Assembly: GCA_013239625.1 (NCBI GenBank)
Contig: MU054187.1
Coordinates: forward strand, 16,012,941 to 16,076,940
Direction of reading: 5' to 3'
DNA: 64,000 nucleotides
Source of the DNA: Lama guanicoe
Taxonomy: Eukaryota
The notes beneath the pieces were generated by a model. The model did no database searches. It saw only the letters and a list, made by a program, of their open reading frames with translations, and was not told where the DNA came from. Shown in pieces: positions 12,976-26,959 of this stretch (the first letter of the stretch is position 1; every line of letters starts with the position of its first letter). The position numbers and the translations under genes are program-made.

Positions 12976-14839
12976 GTGTCTTTAAGATGGTCTGTATATA
13001 AGATTATGTTATCTGCAAACAGAATTTTTCTTCTTCCTTTTGGATTTGTATGCCTTTGATTTCTTTTTCTTTCCTGATTGCTCTGGCTAGGATTTCCTGT
13101 GTTGTGTTGAATAGAAATGGGGAAAGCAAGCCCCCTTCTCTTATTCCTAATCTTAGAGAAAAAAGTTTCAGCCCTTCACTGCTGAGTATGAGGTCAGCTG
13201 TGGGCTTGTCATATACGCCTTTATTATGTTGAGGTTCATTCCCTCTACATGTTAAGAGTTTCTGTTATGAAAAGGTGCTCTATTTTGTCAAGTGCATTTT
13301 CTGTACTTAGTGAGATGATTATAGGATTTTTATCTCTTATTCTATTAATGTGGCATATTACCTTGATCGATTTGTGTATGTTGAACCGTCCTTGAACCCC
13401 AGGGATATTGCATTTTCATTTTATTCATTGTATAATTCGTCTCCTGAATTTCTGTTTGATTCTTTTTTATGATTTCTATCTCTTTGTTTAACTCCTCATT
13501 TTGTTCATGTATTGTTTTCCTAATTTTACTGAATTGTCTTTTTGTTTTGTTTTCTTATAGCCTATTGAGCTTCCTTTAAAAAGTTATTTTGAATTATTTA
13601 TCAGGCAAACCATAGGTCTCCATGCCTTTGGTGTCAGTTACTGGAAGATTTTTATGATCCTTTGATGGTGTCATGTCTCTTTGATTTTTCATGTTTCTTG
13701 AATTTTTGTGTAGCTGTCTTTGGCTTCATAGCAATAGTCACCTCCTTCAGTATTTAGTAACTGCTTTTAAGAGAGAAGTATCTTTTGTCAGCCCTGCTGC
13801 AGATTCTGAAGCTTTCTCAGATCTTCTATGCGTATGCCTGTTCCAAGTTTCTTGCTTCCTTTTGTGGCAGAATTCTTAAATTGATATGCCTTCTCTCAAT
13901 CCCACAACACAGCAGGCCAGGTACTGACAATCTTTATTTTGCTTCTGCTTGTAGTCTCTCCCTGGACTGACTGCAGGTTGGGCCATCTTTCTGCAAGTGC
14001 TCACTGGTCATCTGTCAAAGCTCACTTTCTCTACCATCATGAACATGTGCAGAGAGCCAGCTACAGGATGGAGTGTCTGTAGGGGAGTCAGTCAGAGGGC
14101 TGCAGATGCCCATGGGCCAGCTGGGGGAATTCTTGGCAAAGTAACCCTAGCAATTCATCAGTGAGCTTCTAGATGGAGTCTGCAGTGTAATTAGTAGGAT
14201 CCACATCCCCTTAATTTCCTCAAGAGTCCTATCTGCACTCCCCCAGCCTCTTCTTTCACATGCAGCCCAGATGAGCCTCCTTCATAATGTCCCACACAGC
14301 TAGGAAACCTGGGCACTCACTCATATCCTCTCACTTTCCTTGCAGAAGAAATCTTGGGCTGGGAAGGTCTTTCTTGGCCCTGAGATGTGCTATCTTGAGG
14401 GAGGGTTGTTGAATGCACAGTTAGACTCTTCCTCTTCCTCTGTTCAATGTATCCAAACTTGTTTTTTTTTTTTTCTCCAGTAATATGTTGGAATTCCCCT
14501 GGAAACCTAGACTTTTACAAAGGTTCTCTCATCCGCAAGTGGTTGTCTAAGGCAGTGTTCTTCAGGGGCTCCTGGACCATAGCTAAGATGTGCTGGACTC
14601 AGGCCACTGCGGGGCGCATAGCTGGGATGAGGTCTGTATGCCTGTTACCTGGCACGTGAATGGACAAGACTCTTCCTGGGTCCCTTGGTATGTGGTGCTG
14701 TACTCCACAGCTCTCACAGAGGCACTTTTGTCCATGGATGAATGCCAAGTTGTTGTTAGGAGGGGCTGGGAATACAAGGAGGTGCGTCTTCTCCAGCCAT
14801 GTTGCTGACATCACTCCTCTGAATCATTTTTATAAAGGT

Positions 14840-15320
14840 TGTTGAGGGAAAGAAAGCTAAGAGGCATCTGCAGTAGAGAGATAGTGGGAGTGATAGCATG
14901 GTCATTGTCTCAGAGACTGTAAATTTGTGCCAGGACCTTGGGAAACAAAGCTCTAAATGCAAACAAAAGAAAACAAGGACATTTTTATGGGATATTACTT
15001 TATGGGGCAAAAGCAAGTCTTCAAGAGGCAAGGTGATGAAATGTGAGGCAGCCTAGGAAAGGGTCTTTTCTGTTTCTATGCACAGTATAAGGTTCCTTAG
15101 ATTCAGTGAGGCTTCAGAGACACTGATACCACTTTGGCATCTTGTTTGTGGCTTTTGAACATTGTAAAATTGCACCTTTACCACAAATGTCATCCTTATG
15201 TCAGTGGATCTTAGAAGCAAGGGAAGAACTAAGGGACCCTCTGTTGGATTTTAAGGCAACCGCCATCAGCCAGGAAGGCCAGTGCTAAATTTCCTAACCG
15301 AGAACTCTGTGTCTTCCACA
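14840..15320 (+). mobile_element. Possible ancient LTR, family uncertain
   Basis: LTR-like 3' half (aaaattgcacctttaccacaaatgtcatccttatgtcagtggatc) ending ttccaca. Weak recognition only. Confidence 0.3.
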
Positions 15321-16019
15321 AGAGTTCCCAGAAGTAAGTTGAAGATTTTTTTGTGAAGGTAAGGAATGAATATATTTCATCAGCAAGTTGGAGAGATACT
15401 CACTGAAAAGTGGATTGTATTAGTAAATTATTAATGCCCTGGTGCACTGTTTTCACAGTGGTTCAAAAAATGAGTAATCCTTAAATTGATTATAACGCAA
15501 ATTTAAGATTCCAAGCTAATTCTCTAGAAGAATTTGATTATTTTTAACTCATCAAATAATTCTAATCTTCTTATATTTAACATCAAATATACCTTGAGAA
15601 TATATCCAAATGTGGCAAACCTCATCCAGTTATGAAAATTAGTCTACACTCTTGTTATTATGAGAAATTAAACTTCATATTGACTGAATAAAGTACTTAT
15701 TTCTCCGCAAATGTAAGATGTGATTATTGTCCCACGAAATTTGATATTTTATACTTTCAGGTTTTCAAGGTTACTGGGGAAATTTACAAGTTTAATATTC
15801 TTAGAGGAAATACATGTGAATATATACACACATATAGATAGATATATAATTTTTAGAAAAATAAGACTTCTGTTAATATGCTAATTGCTGCTTTGAGAAA
15901 ACTCCAGTGCCCTGCATACTTACGTGTACTACTTGCTATAATGCTTGTTAGTATTTTGCTTCAATTAAAACCTTTTTTTTGTTTTTTTTTGCACATCTTA
16001 CCCAGATTTAAATATATAT

Positions 16020-16680
16020 TTTAATTATGTAATTCAAGTTGCCCACACATTACCTTCTCTTGAAACTTCTGACACCAATAATTTAACCTATCGGAGGGTA
16101 AGTTAATCATCTTCTGCTACCAACAGTCACCCGATCCTAATTTCACCACTAACATTAAAAGCTTTGTCTTCCTCCTAGTCCCCCAGGGTAGGGATCTTAT
16201 AGTCATTTTTATTCTTCCTTTCTGTTTTCCTCACTAGATCTAATCCATCACTAAGCTTTGACATACTTCTTTTTCGGTCTGTTATGTTTCTTGAGCCTAC
16301 CTTTCCAACTTAACAGCCAACACATTATCCCAGGCATCCACTGTCGCTCATCTGCTTGTTGGTGTTGAAGACCTAGTCACTTGCCTCCAGGGTTTCTCCA
16401 CTGAACTGTGTTCCCCTATATCCTCTGAAACAACTTTCCTCTAATGCTCTTTTGTTTTTTCCCCCAGGTAATTTGCTCACCTTTCATTATTTTAAATCTA
16501 GCTATTTTATCCTTCCTTGGAGTTCCACTGTCAGTGGCATTTCTGACCTTACGATTCTTGCTCTTTAGAATCTCTGCTCTTGTCAGGTTAAATCCATATT
16601 CCTTTTCCACATTGGCCCATCTGACCTCCCAGCCATCATGTCAGACTCTTCCTTTCCCACAGCTTTTCTGTATCTTAAGC
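16020..16680 (+). mobile_element. L2 fragment
   Basis: C/T-rich L2-like text, e.g. tctaatccatcactaagctttgac...ttatcccaggcatccactgtcgctcatctg. Confidence 0.5.
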
Positions 16681-16854
16681 CCTGAATTCTTTGCCTTAAA
16701 TGTTCAGGGAATGGTTAAGTAAAGTATGGTATGTTCGTAGGATAAATGACCATGAAGTCCCTGAAAATACTTCACATAGTTTTAAATCCAGAGTGCGAAG
16801 TGATAGTAAATATTTTCAAGTGGGGAAACAGTGACAAAAAAATCATCTGAAGAG

Positions 16855-17149
16855 TGTAATAGGTGAGGTTTCCTGAGAAACAGATAGACATTTGCTAACA
16901 GAAAGTTTTGTGAAGACTGCACTCTGTATCAACACCTTTCGGGAAATAAGAGAAGCAGTACTGAGCTGAGGAATATAACGTGGTTGGAACAAGAGATTCA
17001 GCCAATGTCATAAAGATATTTTTATTTGAGGGCGATTCTCAAAGAGCCACTCAACTGAGGGCTAACACTTTCAACACCCCCCTCAGCTGGGGAGTGAATG
17101 CTTAGGGCTGAAGGGATATCTGGGAGGCATTCCACAGCATCCATCCACT
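16855..17149 (-). mobile_element. LTR16-like ERVL solo LTR, internally deleted
   Basis: taggtgaggtttcctgagaaacaga...caacacct...gagaagcagtactgagctgagg and gggatatctgggaggcattccacagcatcca match the reverse complements of the recalled LTR16 3' and 5' ends. Confidence 0.7.
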
Positions 17150-18949
17150 CAGAAACGAAGATTATGCCTGTATGAAATTACACAATCATAGGAGCAAAAG
17201 CTGCAGAGGAACACAGGAACATGCTTATTATCTCTAGTTAATAGGATTGTGGCTTTTGTGTATTTGTATTTATATTTTGTAGTGTTTTCTATATTGGCTG
17301 CAAAAAAAAATGAATAAAATTTTGATTAGGTTAAAGTAATTCAAGTTTTAACTTGAAAAACTCACCTTTCACATTCTTCCTTGATTCTTAATCCTTAAGT
17401 AAGCAAAGTGATTACTCTGTCTTCCTTAAGCACTTTTTTGGCAGGTCAAATTTTATCATTTTTTTGTTTATTGCTACACCTGAGCTATTCTGTGGGTTTC
17501 TCCCCCCACCCCCAAGTAGATATTGAACTTCTCAGAAATAGGTATCATGTCTCCATATCTTATTTGGATTCTCTTTTTTACTGTGAGTTACCTACTTAAA
17601 GGTGCTAACTTTGGGTTCTATGCAGAGTAGATGACTGTGTTGTTGAGCAATTGGAGGAAAGGAAATTCAGAGCTAGATTAGTGCTAGATTTAACAAACAG
17701 GAGCAAGTTAGTAGCACATTCTGGCTCAGAAGCAGCATTGTGCTTACAGTCTAGGTTTTCAGGCATTGCCTATGTAACCCCTTCATTCTGTGGTGCAACA
17801 TAATAGCTAAAAGAAATTCATGAGCCAACAACTCAGAGTAACTTTGGTTATTCTTGGAATTAGCCTGTTAATGTTAACATAGAAAATTTATTTCTTATAT
17901 CCAGACTTCATCTTGGCCTATTGTATGTCTGCCTCAAACATAGAATGATAAACCCCATAAAGGAGTGTAAAAACTCTTGAAAGGTTGAAATGGACCCTCA
18001 TGTTTTGTAAGTTCTCTGGGCCATAGAGTTTACACTCATTTTTAGAATAGCAGTTGTTCATCAAGTAATTGTGTAAGGAATTATTATGAGAGTGCTTTAA
18101 AAATAAACAAGATACCTGAAACTCTAAGAGCTTTTTTCCCTAACTTGACATTGGAGGAAGAAAAGGACAGAAATACCTATTTTGCTGTCTGTCAAACTCA
18201 AGCAAACTTGAGTCAGAATGAACTAAATGTAATTGATAGAGTCATTTAAGATATTACTTAGAAATTGCTTCAAGCCCCAAGGTTCTATTGAGCTTGAACA
18301 TATTTAGTCCAAATAACTAAAATTTACTCTAACAGAGAACAGTTACAAACTCATACTTATCACTGAAGATTCACTAAAACTCAATAGTTACTTGGTGTAC
18401 ATGTCAGAAGAAACATGATTTCAAAATACAATAAGATGCCTAAGAATGAGTTCACAGCATTAGTCAACGAGTAATAGAAGTTTCAAACAGTTTACAGCAA
18501 TAAGGAAGCTAATTTGAGAATTTTATTTAAGTGTTGGCTTAAACTTAGAATTTTTAATTTAGTAATATTTTAATATATTATATGTATTACTAAGTTCTGA
18601 TCATTTTGAAAGAGTATTTCTTAATGAAAAGATAAGTTTCTTCATGGTTTCCTTTATCTTGCCTGATAAAAACATGTAGTTTATTTCATGTTAAACTTCA
18701 GATACTTGCCTAAAAATGATTCCTATTATCCACCTCCTTCCCCTAGTCTTGAAATCAATCACTTTCTTTGACTGTATTACTCTTGTATTACTATATTACT
18801 CTTGTAATACTGTTGAATTAATATTCTCTAAATATGTTGTCTCTATTAGCCCAGAGCTAATCATTTTGTACAACTTGATGTGATCTTGGATTTTGCTTCC
18901 TCATTTAGCTGACAGTCTGTAGATTCTACATCTTCTCTGGCTTCAGCGA

Positions 18950-19790
18950 TCACTCTTTAATTTTGCTTCTTTTCATCCTTCTTTTTCCATCGCCTTAGTC
19001 TAGACCCTTCATCATTGCAATGGGCTTTAAAAATCCTTCCTTACATAGGTCTCCAGTCTTCCTTAGTTTTACCATTAGTTTACCTCCCTCTCCATAAATT
19101 TGACTATTTAAAACTTTTGTGGCTTTCTTATTGCCTAAAGAATAAAACTGAAATTATCTCATAAGGAGAAATGTCAGCCTCTACAATCTGGTTCTCCCTT
19201 TTTTCTAGGCTTGCCTCCCATTACTCTTCCTCAGGCATTTTCTAGGCTTCTTTGATCAGGAAGGTAGATCTGGGAAGGAAGCTCGTGGAGCTGTGTAGAA
19301 AGATGAAGACACCTGTTTAGTCAGCCAGAAAATAAAGAATCTTCTGGCTATATATGTGATGTCAGATGTTGTAGCGCATCACCTTCCCTTCCCCAATTAA
19401 CCTAAATTCCCAATGTTCTAAACTTTTATAATTTTTCGTCCTACTAGCAATTTTTTTTAACTTTTTATCTTGAAGCTTTTAGTTCAGGTGCAGTTTTCAG
19501 CCATTTTTTAATTTGATCAATGTCTCCTGGTTCTTTGAGATCTATCTAAAATGTTACCTTTCCAGTGAAATGTCTTCAATACTTTTAGGAAGTCTAAAGT
19601 TTGTTTAGACTTGTTTTTGTTCTTGTTCTTGAAGCTGTGGGCTCACATTCCTATGACTTATGTTTCTAGCACTTATAAAGCTGTATAAATATTTGTCCCT
19701 TGGCTGGGTAGTGAGTTCATCTCCACACCTATAGTGCCTGGCTCAGGGACAGGAGCTCAATAAAATTTTGCTAATTAAGTGAATAAATTA
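18950..19790 (+). mobile_element. L2 3' region (fragmented)
   Basis: Ends cctatagtgcctggctcagggacaggagctcaataaaattttgctaattaagtgaataa, which is the L2 terminus. Confidence 0.6.
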
Positions 19791-20902
19791 ATACAACAAT
19801 TGTCCAAAGCTTGAGGAGGCCATGGGGGGTGTGCATGGCAAGGTTCTTCTTAAACAATGAAGAAACAACCTCTTACAAGTGTTAATTTAAGGACATAACA
19901 GAAAGTCTCAAGCAAAAGATAATGAGAGTCCTAATTAGAATTGTAACTATGGTAATAAAATAAGGAGACAAAAATGAATGCTATTATTGAGATAAAATCA
20001 AAATATCCAGGTGACATTTGATAAGAGGGATAATAGAGAAAAGAAGAAAAGACAATTTTTTCCCTGATTAACTGAAATAGTTTGTAGATATATAAAGATT
20101 TTAGATTTTAGATTTATTATCTGGTCTTTTATGCCTAGTGAACAAAGCATTGAATTTTTGTCAATAATTCATAAATTAGCCAGAAACAGTTGTGGCATTT
20201 TTCAGAATATTGATAAGTAGATAATTCTTTCAGTGTGAACAAACAAATCTAAGAGAAAAAGCCAAAGTAGTCACTTTATGCAAAAGTCAAATCTTCATAA
20301 TCAACAGTGGCTTGAAATGAAAAGATGTGTTAGAGGACCTGGGTCTCAGTTTCAAATAAACCTTCTGTCCCTATGCCTTTGAGAATGCGAGGTAAAATTT
20401 CCATTTACAGTTACCAGCTTTGTAAAACACTGGCTTCTACAACTTTCTGTAACTCCAAAAGACTATCTAACCTTGACTTTTTAACTACCAACTTGCAAAG
20501 AAAGAAATCTATTGATTTTCATTTGGAAGAAGATTTAAAGAAAGACAAAGTCTGACTGTCAGTGGGATATTTTCTATAATTATAGCAATTTTGTAGCTTT
20601 TTTTACAAGGAAAATTTTTTTTCTCAGGAAAAAGAGAGTCAACTATCTCCTTACTAGTTTCTCTTGGAAGACATCCTATATTTTGTCCGAGTTGAAGAAT
20701 GTGCAGTTCATTTTCAAACTAATCTAATAACTCTGTCTAAATCTTTGCTTTATTTAAGCCTTTCTAACTAGTCCTAAGTTGCTACTAAAAAAACCTACCA
20801 ATCTTCCAAGAGTTCTATGCTTAAAAATTTCTAAGATAAATGTATTATACATGGATATGCCGTAAAAGCTACTCAAATTTGCAAATATAAGTTGTTATGA
20901 AA

Positions 20903-23820
20903 CATTCAGTCATTTATTCATACAGTTACTCAATGTATTTTATATTCTACTGTTAAAGGTGCTGCGAATATTGCAATGAACAAGACAGATATGTGAATCA
21001 AAGTAGGCTAATTGCTGTAATCAGTAACCCTAAAATCTTAGTGACAGTGCATTCAAGGCTGTTTTTTCAGTCATGTAGCAGATCAAATGAGTTTTTGGGT
21101 TTAGTGTTCTATATGTTGATTCAGATATCATGGCTCCTGCCCATTGTGGTTCTTCAGTGTCTGCCACTAGATTGTTCACAACAGTTTTGGTGCTGAAGAG
21201 AAAGAGAGAGAACTCCTGGAGGGTCTTGGGCTGTTTTAAAGGCCAGGCATGAAAGCACTGCAGAAAACTTCTGCCCACATTCCATTGGCTGTCACTAACC
21301 ATGTGGCCATATCTAGCTGCCAGGGAAGCAGGAAATACAGTCTATGTAACCAAGAGGTGAAGAAAGTGGAACTTGTGGATGCCCACCATTATCCGTGCCA
21401 AACATCAAGGTTCTCCTTCTCATGGAGCTGGTGTATTACTGGGAGGAGCAACAGTCAAAGAAATAAATGAAGAAGATAGTTTCAGATAGTGATAAATGTT
21501 CTGAAGAGAATTAAAGCTACACAATATGATACAGAATGACTGGATATGGGAAAAGTAATGTGGATTGGGTGGCCAAGAAAGTTTTCACAGGATGGAACTC
21601 TTTGAACTGAGACCTAAATCATAAAGAGAAGAAAGAAAAAAAGTGAGAGGTTGCTATGACGAGATACGGGTATCAACTGCTCCAGGGAAAGAGAACAGTG
21701 AGGATTAGGGCTCTAAGTTAAAACTAGCTTTCAAAAAAAAGAAGACTTGTGGGACTGGAGTGGAGCAATATGGGATCAAGGAGGTGGGTAAGAGCTGGCT
21801 CATGTAAAGTCTAGGAGATGGTGAAGATTTTCATTTTGTTCAGAATGCAGTGGGTGACAATTGAAGTATTTATGAGAGTAGTGACAATGAGATTCACATT
21901 GAGATTATATTCTTCAATATGTGGTGAGTGAATTCTAGGGGACAAGAATGGAAGTGGGAGACCAGTTAGCGGCTTATTGCAATAGTCAAGTAAGGAATAC
22001 TGTTGTGGACCAAGTTGATGACACTGGAGATCCTGAAAAGATGGATGAGTCTGGAATACATATTTAAAAATAAATATAATAGATGATAGACTTGCTTTTG
22101 GGTTGGACATGGGGGTAGGTGAAGGGTAAAGAAGAATCAAAAATAATTTTCATGTCTTGACCAGTTTGATGGATAATAGTGACATGTGATGAGATGTGAA
22201 AGACTGAGAGAGTAACAGGTTTCTGGGAGGGATTGGGAAATCAAGAGTTCTAGTTTGATCATATAAATTTTGAAACACCCAGTAGATAGCCAAGGAGAAA
22301 TGCCAAGTGGGCAACTGAGTGTTTGAGTGTAATGGAATGCTCTTTGCTAACTTTATGTTGCCCAGATAGATGACTAAAGAGCCAAAGCTGAAGTAATAGG
22401 TGCCAGTATATTCACGTTCACTGAGAGCCGCCAAAGTGCTGTTAGATAGATCTCCTTTCTCAAGAGTTTTGGGAGCAGGTAGGAAACAATTATAAAACTG
22501 GACATGAGATTAAATTTTAAACTGAAGTTTGCTGAATTAGTATAATAGCTGAAAGTGGCTAGGAAGATCACAGTGGAAGGCAACAATTGGAGAGGGAAAA
22601 AAACCTGTTTCATGATTATACTCTCACTAAGCTGGTCCTACTTCTGTCAAAGCATTTATAAAAATGTCTCGAATGTCCCTCTGTAAAGAGATCAGGTCTG
22701 GATTGTTTAAAATCATGGCACGGAATGGTATTATTCAGGCAGAGATTCAATATAGAGAAAATAAAGAGTGAAATCCCAAAGCCTACCAAGATGTACAGCT
22801 TAAACAAAGGAGGACAGTCAGGGTCGGCAGAGGAGTTGCAAAAGAGCAGTTTGATTGCAGGAGAGGTATTTTCAAAATCCTAGAGAATATTTCAAAAATA
22901 AGGGACTGGTCAGTTATGCTGGAAGTTACTAAAAATGGGGGGAAACTGAGAACAGAAAAGCAACTATTAGGTTTTGCAACGTGCAAGGTCCTTGTATGAC
23001 TTTGATGAGATCAATTTCATTGAAAAAGGGACATTGACACTTTATTGGACAGATTGAGGAAAGAAAATGGTATAAGGCTTGGAAAGAGGGAATACAGACA
23101 TTTTGAAACATTTTATGTGAATGAGAGTCAAAATATGAGAAAAGAGATCAAGAGTGGAACCTTTAGAATGGAAGATATGAGTATGTTTGCATGCTAATGC
23201 ATAAAATATAGGAAAAAAGGAAATTTATTAACTCAAGAGGTACATTTGGATTGTTAAGTACGAAGTCTTCAGTCTGAGATCCAGACCCACAGGAAAGAAT
23301 CTGAGTTTAGACATGAGTGGGTGCACTTAACTCATTGCAACTAAAGGCAGGTTGTTGGAAAGTAGATATATTTGACAGGAAGATGAAGGTTCTCAAAGCA
23401 AATATTAGCTGAGAGTTTGTGTGCCTCTCTGTCTGGGTGTGTATGCTGATGTGTATGTGGTAATGGTAATTGTGAGTTATAGGTGAACCACTGAAAGGTT
23501 GAGGAGCATTTTGAAAGTTTGAATAGAAAAGTTGGTATGAAATAGTCATTTTTATGCAAAAGAGTATTAATATATTCAGTAAGAGTGCTAAGATGGCCAC
23601 TTTCTATTGTATGTTCACTTGAGAATTATAGTCATAAATTACGGCTACTCAGCATTTGAAGATTTTTTTCCCCCTATCCTTGCCATCAGCCCTATTGTAG
23701 ACACAGAGTAGGTGAGTATTTGGGTTTAGCTTTTAACTAGTGTTGTGGTCTTGTCAGGAAATTATAAGGAGGGAGAGAAATGCAAGAAAATTGAGGTCAA
23801 CTGCAAAGGAGTGATTACAG
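20903..23820 (-). mobile_element. Long L2 remnant with RT-domain traces
   Basis: 3' end at about 20903 (cattcagtcatttattca). Minus-strand translations include LLDYCNKPLTGLP (L2 LDYCNSLLxGLP) and HVAKPNSCFSVL...ITDQSLIFE (L2/CR1-clade RT, approximately DLxxAKxxGxFSVLxLLDLSAAFDTVDHxLL). Confidence 0.8.
20993..21400 (-). mobile_element. MLT1 (J/K/L-like) MaLR LTR nested in L2
   Basis: taggctaattgctgtaatcagtaaccctaaaatcttagtg...acttctgcccacattccattggc...catgtggccatatctagctgccagggaagcaggaaatacagtct. Confidence 0.7.
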
Positions 23821-24434
23821 AGGTGGCAAAAAAATGGCTTATTGTGAATCAACAATTTGATGATTTTTTTTAAATCTCCATTTCCAAACACTAGTGTAAA
23901 TTTATATAGAAACCACTTCATTTAAAATTATTGGGTTTTTTTTGTGTGTTATTCAACTTAGTGCTTTTATATTATCACTTAAGTTTGTTCAGTTAATCTC
24001 CAAATTATTTTGAGGGACAATTTAAAAACAAGGAAATTAAACTAGGTGATGGTTGATATTCATATACTTGGGACTTAGGAAAACTTAACAGCAAGGAAGA
24101 AAATCTAAGTAAATTCTCATTTCCACAGTAATGATTACAATAATTTCTCTTGTAAAATTCCTTTGGATAATTTGACCATTCTGAGACTTAGGAGCATGAT
24201 GAGCAAGGATGTATTCATACCCCTTTTGGCAACTGGGCTGTTATTCTTGTTCCTGGTATAGTAACATTGTCCCATTCAAGTCCAGCCACAATCAACAAAA
24301 ATTAGTTGGATATCAGGTATTTTGGGACTTGGATATTTTTGTGGTATTTGCTAATTAGTTGATTTCTGTTTTTTAAATTATGAACTGTTAATATGAATAT
24401 GGGTAAGAAACAGTAGGAGCAAGAGGTGAGTGAT

Positions 24435-24630
24435 TTCTATACAGCAGATACTTTATAACCTTATTTAATCACCAAAATAATTCTACAAGGCAAATATCGT
24501 TATCCCCATTTTAGACAATGTGGAACCAGGATTAAGAAAATGTGTATCATTTGCTCAAAGGCACAAATTTAGTAAGTGACTGAACCTGGATTTGAGCACA
24601 GATCTGTCAGTCTACCAAATCTGTGTGCTT
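24435..24630 (-). mobile_element. MIR SINE
   Basis: ttatccccattttagacaatgtggaaccagg...tttgctcaaaggcacaaatttagtaagtgactgaacctggatttgagc. Confidence 0.8.
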
Positions 24631-25224
24631 TTTGGGTCAGAAACTTGCCTCCAGGTTTCTAACTGAATGTCTGTATCAGTTTAATGTGTGCAACCGTGTA
24701 ATATTTAAACTAATGGATGTAATGAAAAAAGGCACATAAACAAATACTCTAGCTGTTTGATAGCATTTAAAGCATACACGAAGCAATTCAAATTTCTTCT
24801 TACACAGTAGTGGCTTTCAAGATTAGTGGTGTGTGGGTTTAGTATTTACAAGCATTTGAAATGATTTTTGATACTATAAATTGGCCTTAATTATCTATAT
24901 TTTGTCTGATATTAAATGGAAGGTTGTGTGCTGCTGACTATAGAAACCAAGGCTGTACCGTCTCTATTTTCGCAGCTCACTCAAATGAAACCAGATAATT
25001 CCATCTGTTTAATTCCCTTTGACCCAGTTCACAGTTACCCCTAAATGGATTCCAGAAATACCAGTTCTGCAGCTTGCAGAGTTTTCTTGAAGCAAGCCTA
25101 ATGGATCAAAGTGTGTCATTCTATCTAACATCCATTTATTCATCATGCAACAAATTCACATTTTGTGTCAGTCTTAACACAGGGCTTGGGAAAGATAAAG
25201 CCAAAAGAATCTCGACCTCGAAGA

Positions 25225-25422
25225 CATACATATGTTTATATCTGCATCGATATAGGTGTGTGCGTATATACACACGCACAGACACACACACACTCACATA
25301 TACATAAAATACCTCATGCACATATAGATATACAGATATGTAAACGTATATAAACATAACAGACATAAATACATGTGTGTATATAACTATATATAACATA
25401 TATCATTGTAAATTATATATAA
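25225..25422. repeat. Degenerate (CA)/(TA) compound microsatellite
   Basis: Seen directly. Confidence 0.85.
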
Positions 25423-25582
25423 TTTTTTAAACCATGTAGGGTACCAAATTATAATATACAGACTTGCTATGGATTGCAATATATTTGCTCCATGAAACTT
25501 CAGAAGAAAGCAAGATGAATGTGACCCACAGAAATACAATTAGCAGTTAACATTTTCTTGGTATTATCTTATTTAGTTCTTC

Positions 25583-26122
25583 TTTGAGTCATCTATTGCT
25601 GGATAACAAATAATGCCCCAAATTAGCAGCTTAAAACTCCAGACGTTTATTGTCTTTCAGTTTCTGTGGGCCAAGAGTCTCGGTGTAGCTTAGCTGGTCC
25701 TCTGGCTCCAGGCGTCTCACAAGGTTGCAGTCATATTGCCACTGGGTCAATGCTGCAGTAAATTTAAGATTCAACAGGGGCTGAAGAACGCACTTCTAAA
25801 TTTACCTGGTTGTTGGCAGGCCTCAAAAGATCTGCTTCCAAGCTCACTCAGGGGGCCTCTCTGCAGAACTACTCATGACATGGCAGCTGGCTTTCTCCAA
25901 GGTGAACAATCCAAAGGAGAACTAGAGAGAGTACCCAGGATGGAAGCCACAGTCACCTGTAACGTAATCTCGTAAGTGACATCCATTGCTTCTGCCATAT
26001 TTTATACATTTAGAAGCAAGTCAAGAAGTTTAGCCCATAATCAGAGGGACTGCATTACACAAGAGTGTGAAAGTCAGAAAGCCAAGGACCACCGAAGTCT
26101 GTCTTAGAGATCGTCTACCACA
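25583..26122 (-). mobile_element. MLT1F-like MaLR solo LTR
   Basis: tctattgctggataacaaat...agcagcttaaaac...cagtttctgtgggccaag...gcttagctggtcctctggctc...catggcagctggctttctcc...ctaccaca. Confidence 0.8.
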
Positions 26123-26959
26123 ATCCTAAAAATAGAAAATAGCCTTACAGGGTAAGTGCTGTTTTTATGTAGATAAAACAATTGAGGCACAGGTTGGTTA
26201 AATACCTTCCTCAATGTTACATAGATGAAAAAACGAGAAGGCTAGGATTCAAACTCACAGTATTATCGCAGAGCCTAAAAAGATTCCCAGAAGTTAAAAT
26301 TCAAACAGAAAAAGAGTACTTTATTTTAGGAAAGAAATTAAATATACCACAAACCACAATGCACAATTAAATATAGCACAAACCAGAGATGCAAGTGTGA
26401 AAGTATATATAATATTTATAATGCAGATAAATTGATTTAGAAGTTGGTAGGAAATCTAGTTGGAAAATTGATGTTAGTGAGCTTTTACTATATGGCTAAA
26501 GAGTTTAGATTTATGGATAAGTGAAAAGTCATCAGTTTATTTTAAATTTTATTTGATTATAATAAGAAAACTTAGTCATTTAAGAAAAACAAGGAAATCA
26601 CTTATTCAAAGACTGGCTTTATGAAGATCTGTCTGGAAGTTTGTAGGGCAGTCTGGAGTGGTGTTGATACAAAAGATAAGATTTGTTTCAGTAGGTGTCT
26701 GTGCTGCCAGGGAGATCTGACCAAGGGCTGAGTCAGTGGAAAGAACAGGCGATATCTACAAGTAAGAATCCCCAAGATTTATTGATGAGTTGGGTGAGAA
26801 ATTTAAAACATTAAGTGACATAAATTACTCCAAAGTTTTGAGAGACGAATTTTGTAAAAGAGGAGTGCAATGAAAACTTCAAAGGGCAGGATATTTATCT
26901 GATTTTTTCACTTTTGCTCTCTGGAGCCTAGAATAGGTCATCATAAATCCCCTTTGAAT

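Larger units (their letters stand above)
12180..14815 (-). mobile_element. Old L1 (L1M): ORF2 fragment, internal deletion, then ORF1/5'UTR
   Basis: Antisense ORF2 text at 12180-13410 (tctgatccatgaacccaggatatt; ttcctgattgctctggctaggatttcc; tgtatgttgaaccgtccttg). ORF1-like text at about 13410-13770 is followed by a GC-richer 5'UTR ending cagccatgttg. Confidence 0.8.
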
